Source of the DNA: Mustelus asterias
Lineage: Eukaryota
Direction: 5' to 3'
Length of the DNA: 64,000 nt
Assembly (NCBI RefSeq): GCF_964213995.1
Contig: NC_135807.1
Location: 90,148,001 to 90,212,000, forward strand
A program made the translations under genes and the position numbers. This document shows, in pieces, positions 36,657 to 51,236 of the stretch. Position 1 is the stretch's first letter. The number at the start of each line of letters is the position of its first letter. A model generated the notes under the pieces. The model ran no database searches, was not told the DNA's origin, and worked only from the letters and a program-made list of their open reading frames with translations.

Positions 36657-39600
36657 AAGTTCAAATTTTGTGTCGTAGCAATTGCCCTGCACATTCAGAC
36701 TTTCTCACTGCACAGGTGTGTTTTCAAACTGTTCAAAAGTTCCAGTGGCCAAAGAATTTGTTAACTGCTTCAGAAATGAGAAGCTGAACATCCCGACAGA
36801 AACATGCTGATTTACCAGTTCTGCCTGGCAAGAATATCAAATTCTCAAATCTGACCTAAATGCATTCCACTTCTCAGAGAGTACGTTAATGAAGTACACA
36901 GACTGTGTAATATAGTTCCTCACCATTTTGTGTAATGATTGATGTGTACATTGAAGAGCAAAAATGTTATCTTGATGACTTTTGTGATTATGACTCTAAT
37001 TTTTGGCAAATTATAATAAATTTCTATTGTATTCAACTCTAATCACCGGAGAAAGGTAAAGAAAGGGATTATGTTGTCACAAAATGGTAATGGCCATTGG
37101 CATACAATCGATGAATGCTTCATGAGCTTTTGTGAAAGCCTTAATCTCACTTTGAAACACAATTTCTCAAACATTCTGCTTGCCAAACTTCACAATTTGC
37201 AACATGCTCAAATCTCAGCTGCTCATAATCTTCTCTACACTATATCTGACGTTACACTATCCTACATCCCTGTTCTTATTGATTGAACTGGCCACCTATC
37301 TTCAATTTAAATGTTTTAGCCTCATCTTCACACCTCTCAAGAACACACAGCTTTGCAACCTGCTTGCTCCTACATTGTGCTCACTATTGCCTTCAATCGT
37401 TCCATTCCGTAGTGCAAGACCCGTCAGCCATACTTGTAGAATACACTTAATCACTTTCCTTCAGTTTCAAAATGCTTCATTAAAAACCTGCCTCATTGAA
37501 CTTTACCTGTTCCCTTGCCCAACTCAACAATCTCACAGGTTGGAGACTGTGTCAAGGTCCCAGGAGCGGACTGTGGATGTTACAAGCAAATGGAAAGGGT
37601 GCTTGATTCCTCCCTACCCTGTGCAGATGAATTCCACCAAGCACATACACAGTTTTTCATACAAAGTGATATTAACTTTAAACAACTTCTCCTGACTCCT
37701 CCTCTGGAACTGGACGTTCATTTCCTTTGCTTATTTGTTTATGCTTCTTAAAATGTCCTGCCATGCTTTAATTACTTCAAAGAGAATCTGAATATTCAGA
37801 ATGCAGACTAGAATGATAACTAAAGGATTGCTTTTTCGCTGAGTTTGCCATGTTGATACCGCTGGAGGTATCTTCAGAATAGCTTAAAGAATTTGTTAAT
37901 GTTTGCGAAGGTATGTTAAAATTGTTTCAACCTTATTTACAGAAAATACATGATAAACACAGCTAGTAAAACATTTTGGGCAACTGCCTTCAATTCCCAC
38001 CTAAATTATAGGCATCTACATCTGACTCCCAGATAGAGCTGGGAGCTGCCAACAAAAACATTCATTTCGATGGACTGTTTAAACACAAAACTGTGTCCGA
38101 ATTGTCCAGTTAAGATCATCTGAAGCGATCCCAACAAATCGGATTCCGTACATCCAGCAGGCTCCATTTCAGGATAGGCTGGAACTTTTGCCTGATCAAG
38201 ACATTTGAGATATTTTGAGAAGATAAACATTAAGACTGCAAATCATTCAGCAAGCAGAAAACCTCCTGATACCAATTTTACTTTCCAGTTGATGTAAATG
38301 TTCTTGAATTAAGAATGTGAATTTCCTTACAAATTTAATTTCATTAACTGTGTATAAATGGTGCAGGAAATAATTTTCAGGTTAAAGAACGCATAGACCT
38401 TTTTACACCCAATTCTCCATTAATGTTTTTTAATTGTTCCATCATCTCATTGAATCCTCACTCAACTTGTTTACTTATTTCAAGTCAGAGATACAGCAGA
38501 TGTGACTTTCTTGGATTTTACATTCCCACAGCTCTTTGGGTAACAGACTAATTTCTGAGACATCCCATTGGTTTGTAAATTGAGTTTAGTTTGGTGTCTT
38601 TTTGTGTGAAAAGCTGCTTTGTGTCTGTTCTTGGTGGAATTCATCTGCATGGGGTGGAGGGGGAGGCATTAAAAACCCTTTTCGCTCACTTGTAACATCT
38701 ACACCCTGCTCCTGGGGCCCTCACACAACCTCTGATTTGTGAGATTGTTGAGTTTGGGCTTTGTGCCAAGGTTCTCTAGGCTTCCCTCATGCACCCATGT
38801 CTCAATAATCATAACTAGGGGAAAATCTGGGGCAGGGGAACAGGAACAGCCTCTCTCTCTCCTCATCACATTTACAACATTGGGCATCTTTTTCAGTTAC
38901 ACAGCACTGTTCTGCTCCGGTCTTAGTCTTTCGATATGTGATTTCATTGGAGGAAGCTGAACTTCACTCTGTATTCCAGTGCGCTAATGTAACAAAATGC
39001 TTTCAAGTTGACTTCCACATGACTAGTTTAAATGGGAAACTGAAAAGCGCAAGTGAGAAAAGAAACTGACCATCCCAAGTGGCTAAGGAAACAGATTGAT
39101 GCTGATATTGGAAACTAAAAATATTGGTTGAAACTATATAAAAGAGACAGAGCCATCAGAGCTTAGTTAATGATGAGTCCAATGGTGCAGTAACCGTTTG
39201 CCAAAGAAGATAGAGGCTAGATCCAGAAGCTGAGAAGCAAAGATATAGTTGCTGCAGCTGTTCCTATTACTTGAAAAAAACACAAGGGGATCTAGACAAT
39301 CCAGACCATCATAAACAGAGTTGAAGAAGTTCTGTAGGTGTGTGCCATTTTTGGTGAAGATTGTGCCCATGGAACTCAGGTTGTTTGTCTGCTGCTGTTG
39401 ACTGGGGCTGAGGTTAAATGATTTGTGAGGAAGACAGAGTTATGAACGGGCTTTGTGATTGAAATTGTTAATCTATATGCTGGATGCACAGCCCAGCCAA
39501 TTCATACTATTGGTCTTAATTATACCTGCCATTCAATGTATAATCTATTGTTTATAACCAAATACAATTTGTCTGTTAATTCATATTTGATTTGTGTCGA

Positions 39601-40899
39601 TTTCTGTATTTTAGAGTATCGGTGTGTTTAATGTTTGCTTTGTTTAACTCCTGTATAATAAAAAAATGTTTTAAACCATGAAAAAGAAAATCAACTGGTC
39701 AAGGTGGAAATGAGGAACTTCGGCAGCTAGAAAAGATTAATAAGTTTGAATCACAGAAAGGTGGGAAATTAATTTTCAAGTATTTGTTTTGGGCCATTTT
39801 ACCAACAAGCATCCAGATATGCCTCTCACTGTTTCTGATAGGGTCAAAACACTGCCAGATTTTTGTTCCACCTTACTCTCTACCAACAGTGCAGGCTTCT
39901 CAGGAGTATACTCTTTGTTCATACCCTCACACATACTTTGAGATTCAGTGTCAGAATAAAAGCCAAATCCAAAGCTTGAGTTTTTGTATCATGATTTTTT
40001 AAAAAAGTATCAGTGAGCAATGTAATTTAATTTGTACCCATCAAGACCAAAGGTCTCTCTCCTAAGATTAGTCAGGTTCTTGGGCTAACTTTGACTGTCC
40101 AGATGAAGTCATGTAGGGTCAGAGATCTTCGCTGTCTTCTCCCCAATCTTTGTGCAACAACACAAAATCAGAGCCAATTAGTGGATCATTGAAGAAGGGA
40201 TCTGAAATATGCTGCTTATTCATGATTGAGTCTGACACCAGATAGAGCACCACCTTTGTACTGAGGTAAATCCTCAGCTTTCCCTGCACTGAGGAACATT
40301 GAACATCAACATTTTTTGTAGCCGGGATTATTTCCCAATCAATAAATCAGTAATGTCATGCCCTTCTGCTTAGTCTGCAGCAGATTACTCTCAAAAAGGT
40401 TGAATATCAGTGGAAGGTTGGTGCTATAATTGTCAATAAGGACCCGTAGCACTCATACAAGTACAAACGCTCATTGAGGTTGGGACCCACATTGGGGCCA
40501 ACTGAATTTGGTCCAGTCAAAGTAGGATGGTAGAATATAATGCAAGTAATGTATAATTTCATAGTAAAGATGCAATTTCAAAGAAAACCTCAGGCTAAGC
40601 AACTTAGAGTTGAGAACTGGAACTAAAACTGGCGCTACGCAGACTACATTGATTCTGTAGGGACAGGCAGTATTATCTGCACAGCTCATGCAATGTTCTT
40701 CAATGATATCAATGAAATAGGTTATGCATAGCTAGCAGCCTGCATCAGTGGCTGCACCCAGGGAATCAGTTTGCATAGCAGCAAAGCAATGCATACACAA
40801 ACAATTTATTCCCCCTTACGGTGTGAATTTCTTGAAATGTTCCAGAAAATCTCCAGTGAAAGTATGTTGATAATGCATGTGGGAAAATCGAGAAGTGTA

Positions 40900-41460
40900 T
40901 ATTCAGGCAAAGACATCCTATGTGATTGTCACAATGCTAAACAATGTCACAATTCTTTTTGACCTGGTTTACAGTCTTTGACATGATTGACCATATCATG
41001 CTCCAACACCTCTCCTCTGTTACCCAACTGAATAGGACTACCTTCACCCACTTCCATTCTGATCTATCTAATCATAGCCAGAGAATCACCCACAATTGTT
41101 TCTCTTCCCACTCCTGCTCATCATTTCCAGAATGCCCCAAGGAACAGACATTAGACCCAACCTTTTCCTCACTTGCATGCTGATCCTTGACATCAACATC
41201 CAAAAACACCACTTTAGATTCTACATATATGCTGAATACAGAGATTCCAATTCATCAAAACCTTGCTCCATCCCTCTCATTGGCTGATTGGATGGGCAGA
41301 TATTTTCTCCAATTCAACATGGGAAGAACAAAGCAATTGTCCCCTGTTACATTCTCCGCTCTCTAGCAAGCAACTCAACTGCTCTCCGTGGCCACAGTCT
41401 GACGTGAAACCAGCCTGTTCACAATTTTGGAATTTTTTTTGAAGATTTAACCCCACATCC
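40900..41460 (+). mobile_element. Old L2-like LINE RT fragment
   Basis: Remnants of DL..VFD.IDH..LQHL, PQG....P.LF and YA motifs. Confidence 0.6.
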
Positions 41461-44020
41461 TCCACGACACAGTCTGAATCATTCTATCACACTTTTCCTG
41501 AAGTATTCTTAAAGTATCAGTAATGTTGCTTTACAACATTGAAGCTTTCTGAGGAAATAAAAAGCATTTCCTTCGATTGGGAAGTTTTTGTGTTCACTTG
41601 GGAAATAATGTTTAGTTGCAGACAGGTTGCTCGCTCAAGGAGCTGTAGAAGGAACAAGAAAAGCTTCTGTCAAAAACTTCTCTTTTTCTCATAACAGAAA
41701 AGAAAGTCTTTACATTGTTATGCCAACCTTCTTATCCTCAGCCTGAAGAGTTCTCCTACAGGCACAGTTCTTGTTACCATACCCAACACTCAATATGCAC
41801 ACAGCAGTTTCTCAGAAATGAGATAAATAACCAGGGGTTCTGTTTTGGTGGTGTGATTTGAGGGATGTACTTTTAACCAGGAGAAGTCCTATGTAATGTC
41901 TGTTCCAGTTCACACCATGCCATGGGCTATTTCACATCCCCCTAGTTAAATAGACAGAGCTGCAATTTAAAATTTCCTTTGAATGACATAAAATGACAGA
42001 TTTTACAGCATAGAAACAAGACATTCAGATCAAAATCAATGATGAAGCTTATGTTCCATCTGAAGCACCTCCCACCTCCTCTTCATCTAATTCCATTGGC
42101 ATAACCTTTTCCTTTCTCTCTTGTAGTCTTTATGTAATTTTTCCTTAAATGCATCTATTTAATCACCTTAATTATGCCTCATGAGAATGAGTTCCACATT
42201 CTCACCACTCTCTGCGTAAAGAAGTTCTTCTTGAATTCCCTATTGAATTTATCAATGACCATCTATTTAGACCCTCAGTTTGCCGCCCACCCCCACCCCC
42301 CCGCCCCCCCGCCCCCCGCCACCACCACCACCACCACTCCCCAGTTGGAGACACCTTCACGATGTCTGTCAGCCTTGGTTATGTGTTCAGTGAGCTGGAG
42401 TGCAGCTTGAACTGCATCCTCAAGGATGTTAGCACTGAGCCAAATTGATATTTTAACAGATGCATAACACAAAAATGCTAATTTGCTGCAGCACCTGTGA
42501 GATAGTTAAGGTCCATAGCAGTTCATATGAATCTTTTCAAATGCCACACAAACTTGTAAACTGACTTACTTTTTATATTAACAATTGAAATAGTCTGACC
42601 ATGAAATTGCGCTCTGTAACGGAAGCACCAAAGAGAAATAATGCCAGTTGAAAACATTTCCAACCATCCCCAGCATAGCCCCTGCAGTGAATTGACAGGC
42701 AGGATGTTTAGCTTGCTTGTGCTGTGTGCATGCACCTGCAACAGACAGAATAGGTGGACTGTGATGTCAAATAGCCTCTGTGGCTAGTTAGACACACTTT
42801 CTTCCAGTTTGAATCACACAGTGTAGTCAACACCCTCTCCTGACGATTTACAATTGGACATGTGTTCAGCTGCATTCGATCTCTCCTCGTCACATGCCAT
42901 CTCGAGTTGTTTAACGGACCAACTAGCCAAGTTGACAGGGGAGGCGCTTTGAGTTACTTTTGTTTTCGAAATATTTGGGAAAGTAGTGTGGTGTGTTCTT
43001 GAAGGAATTTCAATGATTTGCGAGATTTTGAAGGTAGTGTTGCTACATCCTGATAGGAAGGTCAAAGGAGTTTTCTGCCGTGTACAGAAAGCCAGTCATC
43101 CTATAGCGACAACAGCTGATCTTTTTTTCGGGTTGTGCCTTGAAGGTTTCCAGCAGAAACATTGGTCTGATGTTTTCAACAGTCTGTTGACTATCGCCAG
43201 TTTTATTACTCTTGCAAAGTGCGGGAACAAAATCCTTATTTATCACTAAGAGATTGCTTAAAGAAAGGTTTAATAAATTTCTATTCCATCCTTGGCCATC
43301 CTGTTTAAAATCTAGCACAAAGTGCTCACACTATGGGATGAAAAGTTCTGAGGAAGTGCGGGGGGGGGGGGGGGGGGGGGGGGGAGATAGGGAGGGAGAT
43401 CCCCAATCATCCGTTGTAACCTAGGCAAAAATAACTCCATTGAAATCCCAGAGAAAGAGCATATGGGCTTTTATCCTAAAGTTGCCTTATAGAAACCCAA
43501 TCATATGGCTTGAGTGCTTCTAGAAATTATTTCTCTCGGAATTTTGCTCTCACATTCCTTGGCTGGAACACTCCAGCTGTCTGTGACAATGGAGAATTTG
43601 GCACTCAGCCAAATCGCCCTTCACTTCAGCAGGACTGGAGAATCCCAGCTGCGGGCAAGATCATGATCCGGCTCCTTTTTGCTGTTGGAGTTTCTTATTT
43701 ATTAATTATATTTTTCCACTTAAATTGCCGGATACAACAAACAACAATTATATTTTATTAAAAATAATACTTGCACACTTTTGTACAAATGTAATAGAAC
43801 ATCATGTGAAACCTGTGGATAGATTGTAAATTCGCAGTGTACAACATGATTGTAGGACAGTGGGTTAGTGCTAGAGAAGTCAGAATGGTAAGGTTGCATT
43901 AGCTATAGAGTTGAATTGTTTTGTAAATGTACTGATTTATATGTAGTCACTTTCCTAACATAAGTTGATTGCTCTGTGATTAATCATCCTCAGTGACTCA
44001 TCATTGGGCCTCCAATTCCA

Positions 44021-44208
44021 AAGATGTGCGGGTTAGGTTGATTGGCCATGATTAAATTGCCCCTTAGGGCCTTGAGATGTGTAGGTTAGAGGGATTAGTG
44101 GGTAAAATATATAGGGATATGGGGGTAGGGCCTGGATGGGATTGTGGTCAGTGCAGACTCGATGGGCCGAATGGCCTCTTTCTGCACTGTAGGGTTTCTG
44201 TGATTCTG
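44021..44208 (+). mobile_element. HE1-type V-SINE 3' half
   Basis: Tail match. Confidence 0.85.
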
Positions 44209-44597
44209 TGAATTTCACCATTGCAATAGTCACCCTGCCAACTGCATACAGGTGTAATGAAAGAAAGATAAAACCTACATTTACACAGCACCTTTCATGA
44301 TGTCTCAAATTTCTTTCCAGCCAATTAGGTATTTTTTGAATTTGAGCCCCCAGTAGAATGTAGACAATGTTATCAAATAGCGGAGCACACTCAAAAGACC
44401 GAATGGCCTACACCTTCTCATCCACTTATAATGAGAAATGAACATGGATATTATGAGAGGAGCTGGGGCTAGGTGACCTTTGCCATCCATAATCATCTTG
44501 CAAACAGAGGTTAGAATCATGGCTGGATTTATTTTCTTGCTCATGAAAATTTACTTTGAGAAGGCTCTGTGGGTTCAACTGCCAGGACAGGAATGCA

Positions 44598-47500
44598 TAA
44601 TAGAAATATAGAAAATAGAAGCATGAATAGACAATTCAACACTTTCAGCCTGCACTACCATTTGTTATGATCATAGCTGATCATCCAACTCAGTAACTTG
44701 TTCCCACTGCCACCCGCCCCCCCCTCGCCCCCCCATTTTCTTTGATGCCTTTTAGCCCGAAAAGCTACATCTAACTCCTTCTTGAAAACAAACAATTTTT
44801 TGGCCTCAACTGCTTGCTGTGGTAGAGAATTCCATTGGCTCACCATCCCCTGGGTAAAGAAATTTCTCCTCCTCTCACTATCCTCACCCCTTATCCTCAG
44901 ACTTTGACCCCTGGTTCTGGTCTTCCTTCCTGAACATCCTTCCTGCATCCACTCTGCCTCATCCTGTTAGAATTTTATAGGTTTCTATGAAATTCCCCCT
45001 CATTATTTAAACTCCAACAAATATAATCCTAACCAACTCAATTTCTCCTCATACATCAGTCCCACCAATCCCATGATCAGTCTGGTAAACCTTCGCTGCA
45101 CTCCTTCCATAGGAAGAATTTCCTTTCTCAAATAAGGAGACCAAAACTGTACACAATATTCCAGGTGTGACCTCATCAAGGCCGTATATAACTATACCAA
45201 GTCATCTCTGCTTCTGTACTCAAATCTTCTCGCTATGAAGGCCAACACACCATTTGCCTTCTTCACTGCCTGCTGCACTACATGCTTACTTTCAGTGACT
45301 GGTGAACAAGGACAACCAGGTCTCATTACATTCCCCTCTTTCAATCTATAGTCATTCAGAGAGTAATCTGCCTTCCTGTTTTTGCTACCAAAGTGGATAA
45401 CTGCACATTTATCCACATTGTGCTGCATCTGCTATGCATTTACCCATTCATTCAATTTGTCCAAGTCACACTGAAGTAGCTCTGCACCATCCTTATAGCT
45501 CATCCTTCCTTTCAGCTTTGTGTCATCTGCAAATTTGGAGACCTTACATTTAACTTCCTCATTTAAATCATCAATATACATTGTAAATAGCTGGAGTCCT
45601 AGCATTGATCCCTGCAGTGCCCCATTAGTCACAGCCACCTAGAAAGACCTGTTTATTGCTATTCTTTGTTTTCTGCCAACCAATTTTTCTATCAATCTTA
45701 ATACACTACCCCCAATCCCGTGTGCTTTCATTTTACACAATAATCGATGTGGGACTTTGTCAAAATCCTTCTCAAAGTTCAAATAAACCACATCCACTGG
45801 CTTCCTCACATCAACTCTATTAGTTACATCCCCGAAGAATTCCAGCAGATTTGTCAAGCATGATTTCTTTTTCATAAATCCATGCTGACTCTATCTGATC
45901 CTGCAAATGTTTTCCAAGTGCTCTGCTATTAATCTTTTATAATGGACTCTAGCATTTTCCTCACTACTGACATCAGACTGACTGGTCAATAATTCCACCT
46001 CTATCTCCCTTTTCAAATAGAGGGGTTACATTAGCTACCCTCTAATCTGTAGAAACTGTTCCAGAGTCTATAGAATCTTGAAAGATGACCACCATTGCAT
46101 CCACTATTTCTAGGATCACTTCTTTAAACACTCAGGGATGTAGATTATCAGGTCCTGGGAATTTATCAACTGCAATCCCATCAATTTTCCCAAAAGCATC
46201 TCGTTGCTAATACTAATTTCCTTCAGTTCCTCCTTCTCACTAAACCTTTTGTTCACCAACATTTCTTGTACATTATTTGTATTCTCCTTTGTGAAGACAG
46301 AACCAAAGTATGTATTCAGTTGGTCTGCCATTTCTTTGCTTCCCATTATAAATGCCCCTGTTTCTGACTATTAGGGATGTACATTTGTCTTCACCAATCT
46401 TGTTACCTTCACATATCTATAGAAACTTTTACAGTCAGATTTCATGTCCCCCACACGCTTACTCTCGTACTCTATTTTCCCCTTCTTAATCAATCCCTTG
46501 GTCCTCTATTGCTAATTCTAAACTACTCCCAGTCCTCAGGTCTGTTGTTTTTTCTGGCCAATTTGTACAGCTCTTCCTTGTATTAAATATTATTCCTAAT
46601 TTCCCTTGTAAGCCATGGTTTGGCCACCTTTCCCATTTCATTTTGCACCAGTTAGAAATGAACAATTGTTTAAGTTCACCCATGCACTCTTTGCCATTGC
46701 TTATCAACCATCACCCTTTTAAGTAATGTTTCCTAATACATCATAGCCAACTTGTGCCTCATAGTATCGTAAGATTCAGGACAAAACAACATAAGAACTA
46801 GGAGCAGGAGTAGGCCATCTGGCTTCCCCAGCCTGCTCTGCTGTTCAATAAGATCATGGCTGATCTTTTTTGTGGACTCAGCTCCACTTACCCACCTGCT
46901 TACCATAACCCTTAATTCCTTTACTGTTCAAAAATGTATCTATCCTTGCCTTGAAAACATTCAATGTTTCAACTGGGAATTCTATAGATTCACAACCCTT
47001 TGGGTGAAGAAGTCCCTCCTCAACTCAGTCCTAAATCTGTTCCCCCTTATTTTGAGGCTATGCCCCCTAGTTCTAGTTTCACCTGCCAGTGGAAACAACC
47101 TCCCTGCTTCCATCTTATCTATTCCCTCCATAATCTTATATGTTGCTACAAGATCTCCCTTCATTTTCCTTCTTAATTACCTGCTGCACCTGCAAACCAA
47201 CTCCTTGAGATTCATGCACAAGGCCACCCAGGTCCCTTTCTGTAGCAGCATGGTGCAATTTTTTTACCATTTAAATAATAGCCCATTTGGCTGTTATTCC
47301 TACGAAAATGGATGACCTCACATTTACCAACATTGTACTCCATCTGCCGGACTCTTGCCCACTCAGACTATCTTCTTCCCTTTGCAGACTTTCAGTGTCC
47401 TCTGCACACTTTGCTCTGCCACTCATCTTAGTGTCATTGGCGAATTTTGACACTCTACACTTGGTCCCCAACTCCAAATCATTGCTGTAAATTGTAAACA

Positions 47501-49400
47501 AGACACGAGTCTCAAAATCAAGTATCTGACTCTCCATCTTGAAGAAGAATTCCTTCATGATATGGTTGTTTATCTCCAAGGGGCCTCAGACAACTAGATT
47601 AGCAATTATTCTTTTCTCATTACACATTAACCAGTCTCAGATGGCCTGTTCTCTATTTGGTTCCTCAATGTATTTATCCAGAAAACCATCCCATATATAC
47701 TCCAAGAATTCCACCTCTGTGGTGTTGTTATTAATTTGATTAGCTCAATCTACATGCAGATAAAATTCACCCATAATTACAGATGTTCCTTTATCACATG
47801 CATCTCTAGTTTCCTATTTAATGCCATTCCCAATATCACCACTACAGTTTGGAGGTCTATATACAACTCCCATGCCTCCCTTGGTATTTCTAGCTCTACC
47901 TATACAAATGCTACATTGTCAGAGCTAATATTCTTCCTCACTATTGTAATAATTTCCCTTTAAGAACAATGCAACCCCAACTCTTTTTTCCTTTTTGTCT
48001 GTGTTTCCTAAATACTCCTGAATTTTCAGTTCCCAACCTTGGTCACCCTGCTCTCTGTAATCCTGACTACATCATACCTGTTTACATCTATTTGCTTAAA
48101 TCACCCACTTGATTGCAAATGCTCCATGCATTAAGGCACAAAGCCTTAAGGCTTGTCTTTTTAACATTACTTGTCCCTTTGCTTTTATTTTTCACTGTGT
48201 AACTGTAATCTTGATTTCTCTTTATATCACGTTTTTTGTTCCCCTTTTTCTTTTCCCTTATCCTTATTATCTCCTTCTCTGACTCCTTGCATAAGTTCTC
48301 ATCCTCCTGTTATTTTAGTTTAAACCCTCCACAACCACTCTAGCAAATACTCCCCCTCGGACATCAGCCCCAGTCCTGCCCAAGTGTAACCGATTCAGTT
48401 TGTACAGGTCCCACCTAACCCAGAACTGGTCCCAATGCCCGAGGAATCTGAAACCTTACCTCTCACATAATCTCTTCAGCTACTTATTCATCTGATATAT
48501 CCTGCTATTTCTGCTCTAATACAGTAGCATGTGGCACTTGTAATAATCCAGAAATCACCACCTTCCAATCCTACTTTTCAATTTGCATCCTAACTCCTTT
48601 TACTTTGCTTGAAGGACTTCATCCTTTTTTTTAACCTATGTCATTTGTACCAATGTGTACCATGACCCCTGGCTGTTAACACTCCCCCTCCAGGATGTCC
48701 TGTGGCTGCTCTGAGACATCCTTGGCCCGAGCACCAGGAAGGCAACAAACCATCCTGGAGTCTTGTTTGCAGCCGCAGAAACACCTATCTATTCCCCTTG
48801 CAATTGAATCCCCTATCATTACTGCATTACCACACTTTTAACTCCTCCCATGCAGCAGAACTACGTTGCAATGAATTTGACTGTTGCTGCTTTCCCCTGG
48901 GAGGTCATTCCCCCCAAATAGTATCCAAAGCGCTACTTTGGCCAGAAGAGATTCCTGCACTGCCTGCCTGGTCCTCTTGTTCTGCCTGGTGGTCACCCAT
49001 TCCCTTCCTGCCTTTGGAGTCTGTGTCTGCAGTGTGACCACCTCTCTATATGTGCTATCCAGTATGATCTCCACCTCGCCAATGCTCCACAGTGTCCCCA
49101 GCTGTTGTTCCAGCTCCAAAATCTGGACTTCAAGCAGATGCAGCTGCAGACACTTCCTTCACACATGATGGCCTCGGGCACTGGATTTTGTTCCCAACTT
49201 CCCATATAGAGCAGGACCAACACACCATAGCTTTGAGCTCTCCTGTCATGACTTACTCCTTTAAATAAACCTTTTGAAATATACATAAAACCAAATAGTA
49301 TCAATTACTCTAGGACCTATCTTTCCTGGTCTTCGCTGGTACAGAATATAGCCTTGACAAGCATTAGAACACAAAATAAATCCCATACAAACTATAAGTG
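44598..49400 (-). mobile_element. Near full-length degenerate CR1 LINE (ORF1 and ORF2 remnants)
   Basis: Fragmented ORFs KSCLTNLLEFF, DKVPHRLL, KFADDTKL, VDKC.VIHFG. ORF1-like ELEQQLGTLWSI...WVTTR at ~49100-48980. Confidence 0.85.
46789..47500 (-). mobile_element. Internally deleted CR1 3' fragment nested in the larger CR1
   Basis: A second CR1 tail at 46789 and GDL..TYKIM.GIDK...RTRGHSLKIRG peptide. Confidence 0.8.
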
Positions 49401-49563
49401 ATAAAAGCAGTAAATACTTCCTTGACCATACTCATCCAATTGGCTGCCCTGCGCCACTTATGAATCCTGACATCACCTCAGGAGCTCCAAGGTGAGCACT
49501 CAAATTCCTCACTGCACCCTTGCGGCTTTTCCTGTGATGTCACACTCTGTTTTTTCACCAAGA

Positions 49564-49713
49564 ACTGACTGCAAGAACACTTTTCCCAGACTGCTTCACT
49601 GCATTACTGACTGCAAGGGCACTCTTCCCAGACTGCTTCACTGCATTACTGACTGCAAGGGCACTCTTCCCAGACTGCTTCACTGCATTACTGACTGCAA
49701 GGGCACTCTTCCA
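49564..49713. repeat. 42-bp tandem repeat, ~3.6 copies
   Basis: Unit ACTGACTGCAAGGGCACTCTTCCCAGACTGCTTCACTGCATT. Confidence 0.95.
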
Positions 49714-49989
49714 AGAAAGCTTATTGGGTCTCAATGGTCTCATGGTGAACCAATAACCTGTTTTGCAGACATCTGATTTTAAATTACTTTCAATTGACTT
49801 CAATCTCGTCCTTTTGTCTACTTACCTATTATCTCAACCTATCTTGGCGTTTTAATGGTTTCTAATGCATTGAAATTTCATGATTAAGTTGTACTGCACA
49901 GTAGACATTGAAAAGATATTGTAATGAGAATCAGTAATTGGCAAAGTCTTCAGATTTGCTGATCAAGAAAACACAGATATAATTGACCA

Positions 49990-50630
49990 CTATCCCCCAA
50001 TATCAACATTCTGGGTGTTATTATTGGCCAGAAACTGAACTGGATTAGCCAGAAACATAAAACACAAGAGCAGGTCAGAGGCTAGGAATTCTGTGGTGAT
50101 TAACTTACCCCCTGACTCCCCAAATCCTGTCCACCACCTACAAGGCACACGTCTGGAGTGTGATGGAACACTCTCCACTGTTCTGGATGAGTGCAACTCT
50201 AACAAGCTATCCAGGACAAAGCAGCTTGCTTGATTGTCATCCCTGCCACAAACATTCACTCCCTTCACCACTAACAAACAGCGGCAGCAGTGTGCAACTT
50301 CTACAAGATGCATTGCAGGAAGTCACCAAGACTCCTTAGGCAGCACTTCCAAACTCACAACTGCTACCATCTAGAAAGGTAAGGGCAGCAGACACCTGGG
50401 AACACCACCACCTGGAAGGTCACCTCCAAGTCACTCACCATCCTGACTTGGAAATATATAGCTGTCCCTTCACTGCTGTTGGATCAAAATCCTGGCCTAC
50501 TCTCCCTAACAGCACTTTCTGTGTAACTATGGTGATTCAAGAAGGCAGCTGACCACCATTTTCAAATGAGCAATTAGAGATGGGCAATAAATGCTGGCCC
50601 AGCTAGCGAAGACCACCACATCCCTTAAAT
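49990..50630 (+). mobile_element. Non-LTR retrotransposon 3' fragment
   Basis: Homologous to 13505-14200. Confidence 0.7.
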
Positions 50631-50925
50631 TATTTTATTTTAAATTGTGAATCATTCATATTTGCCCTCTGGCCCCTGAAGGGTTGTGTTGCAGAGACAC
50701 TTGAGGGCTCCGGCATCCTTACTGACAGTGAAGACACAAGTTGTTCAATAATTCCACAATGTATTGAATCTTTCCCCCAAATGTGGATTTACCATCACCG
50801 CATTCACATGGTACAATGTGCAGAACATGTTAATGAGGGCTGAGGCAGTGGCCAAAGTGAATGAGTGAATGTTATTGTCTACACAGTGTTATATATAACA
50901 AATGGGATATTTTCCTGTCAAATTG

Positions 50926-51236
50926 GGTGGCACAGTGGCTAGCACTGCTACCTCACAGTGCCAGGGACCCGGATTCGATTCCCAGCTTGGGTCACTGTCT
51001 GTGTGGTGTTTTCATGTTCTCCCCGTGTCTGCTTGGGTTTCCTCCAGATGTTCTAGTTTCAAAGATGTACAAGTTAGTTGGATTGGCCGTGCTAAATTCC
51101 CTCTTAGTGTCAGGAGGGCTAGGTAGGGTAAATGCATGGGGTTACGGGGTTAGGGCCTGGGTGGGATTGTGGTCGGTGCAGACTTGATGGACTGAATGGC
51201 CTCCTTCTGCAGTGTAGGGATTCTATGATTCTATGA
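50926..51236 (+). mobile_element. HE1-type V-SINE
   Basis: Head, V-domain and tail. Confidence 0.88.

Noticed and set aside
49564-49713. CRISPR-like array or repeat protein
   Set aside because: Head-to-tail units with no spacers, in vertebrate DNA. The 14-aa repeat ORFs are by-products.
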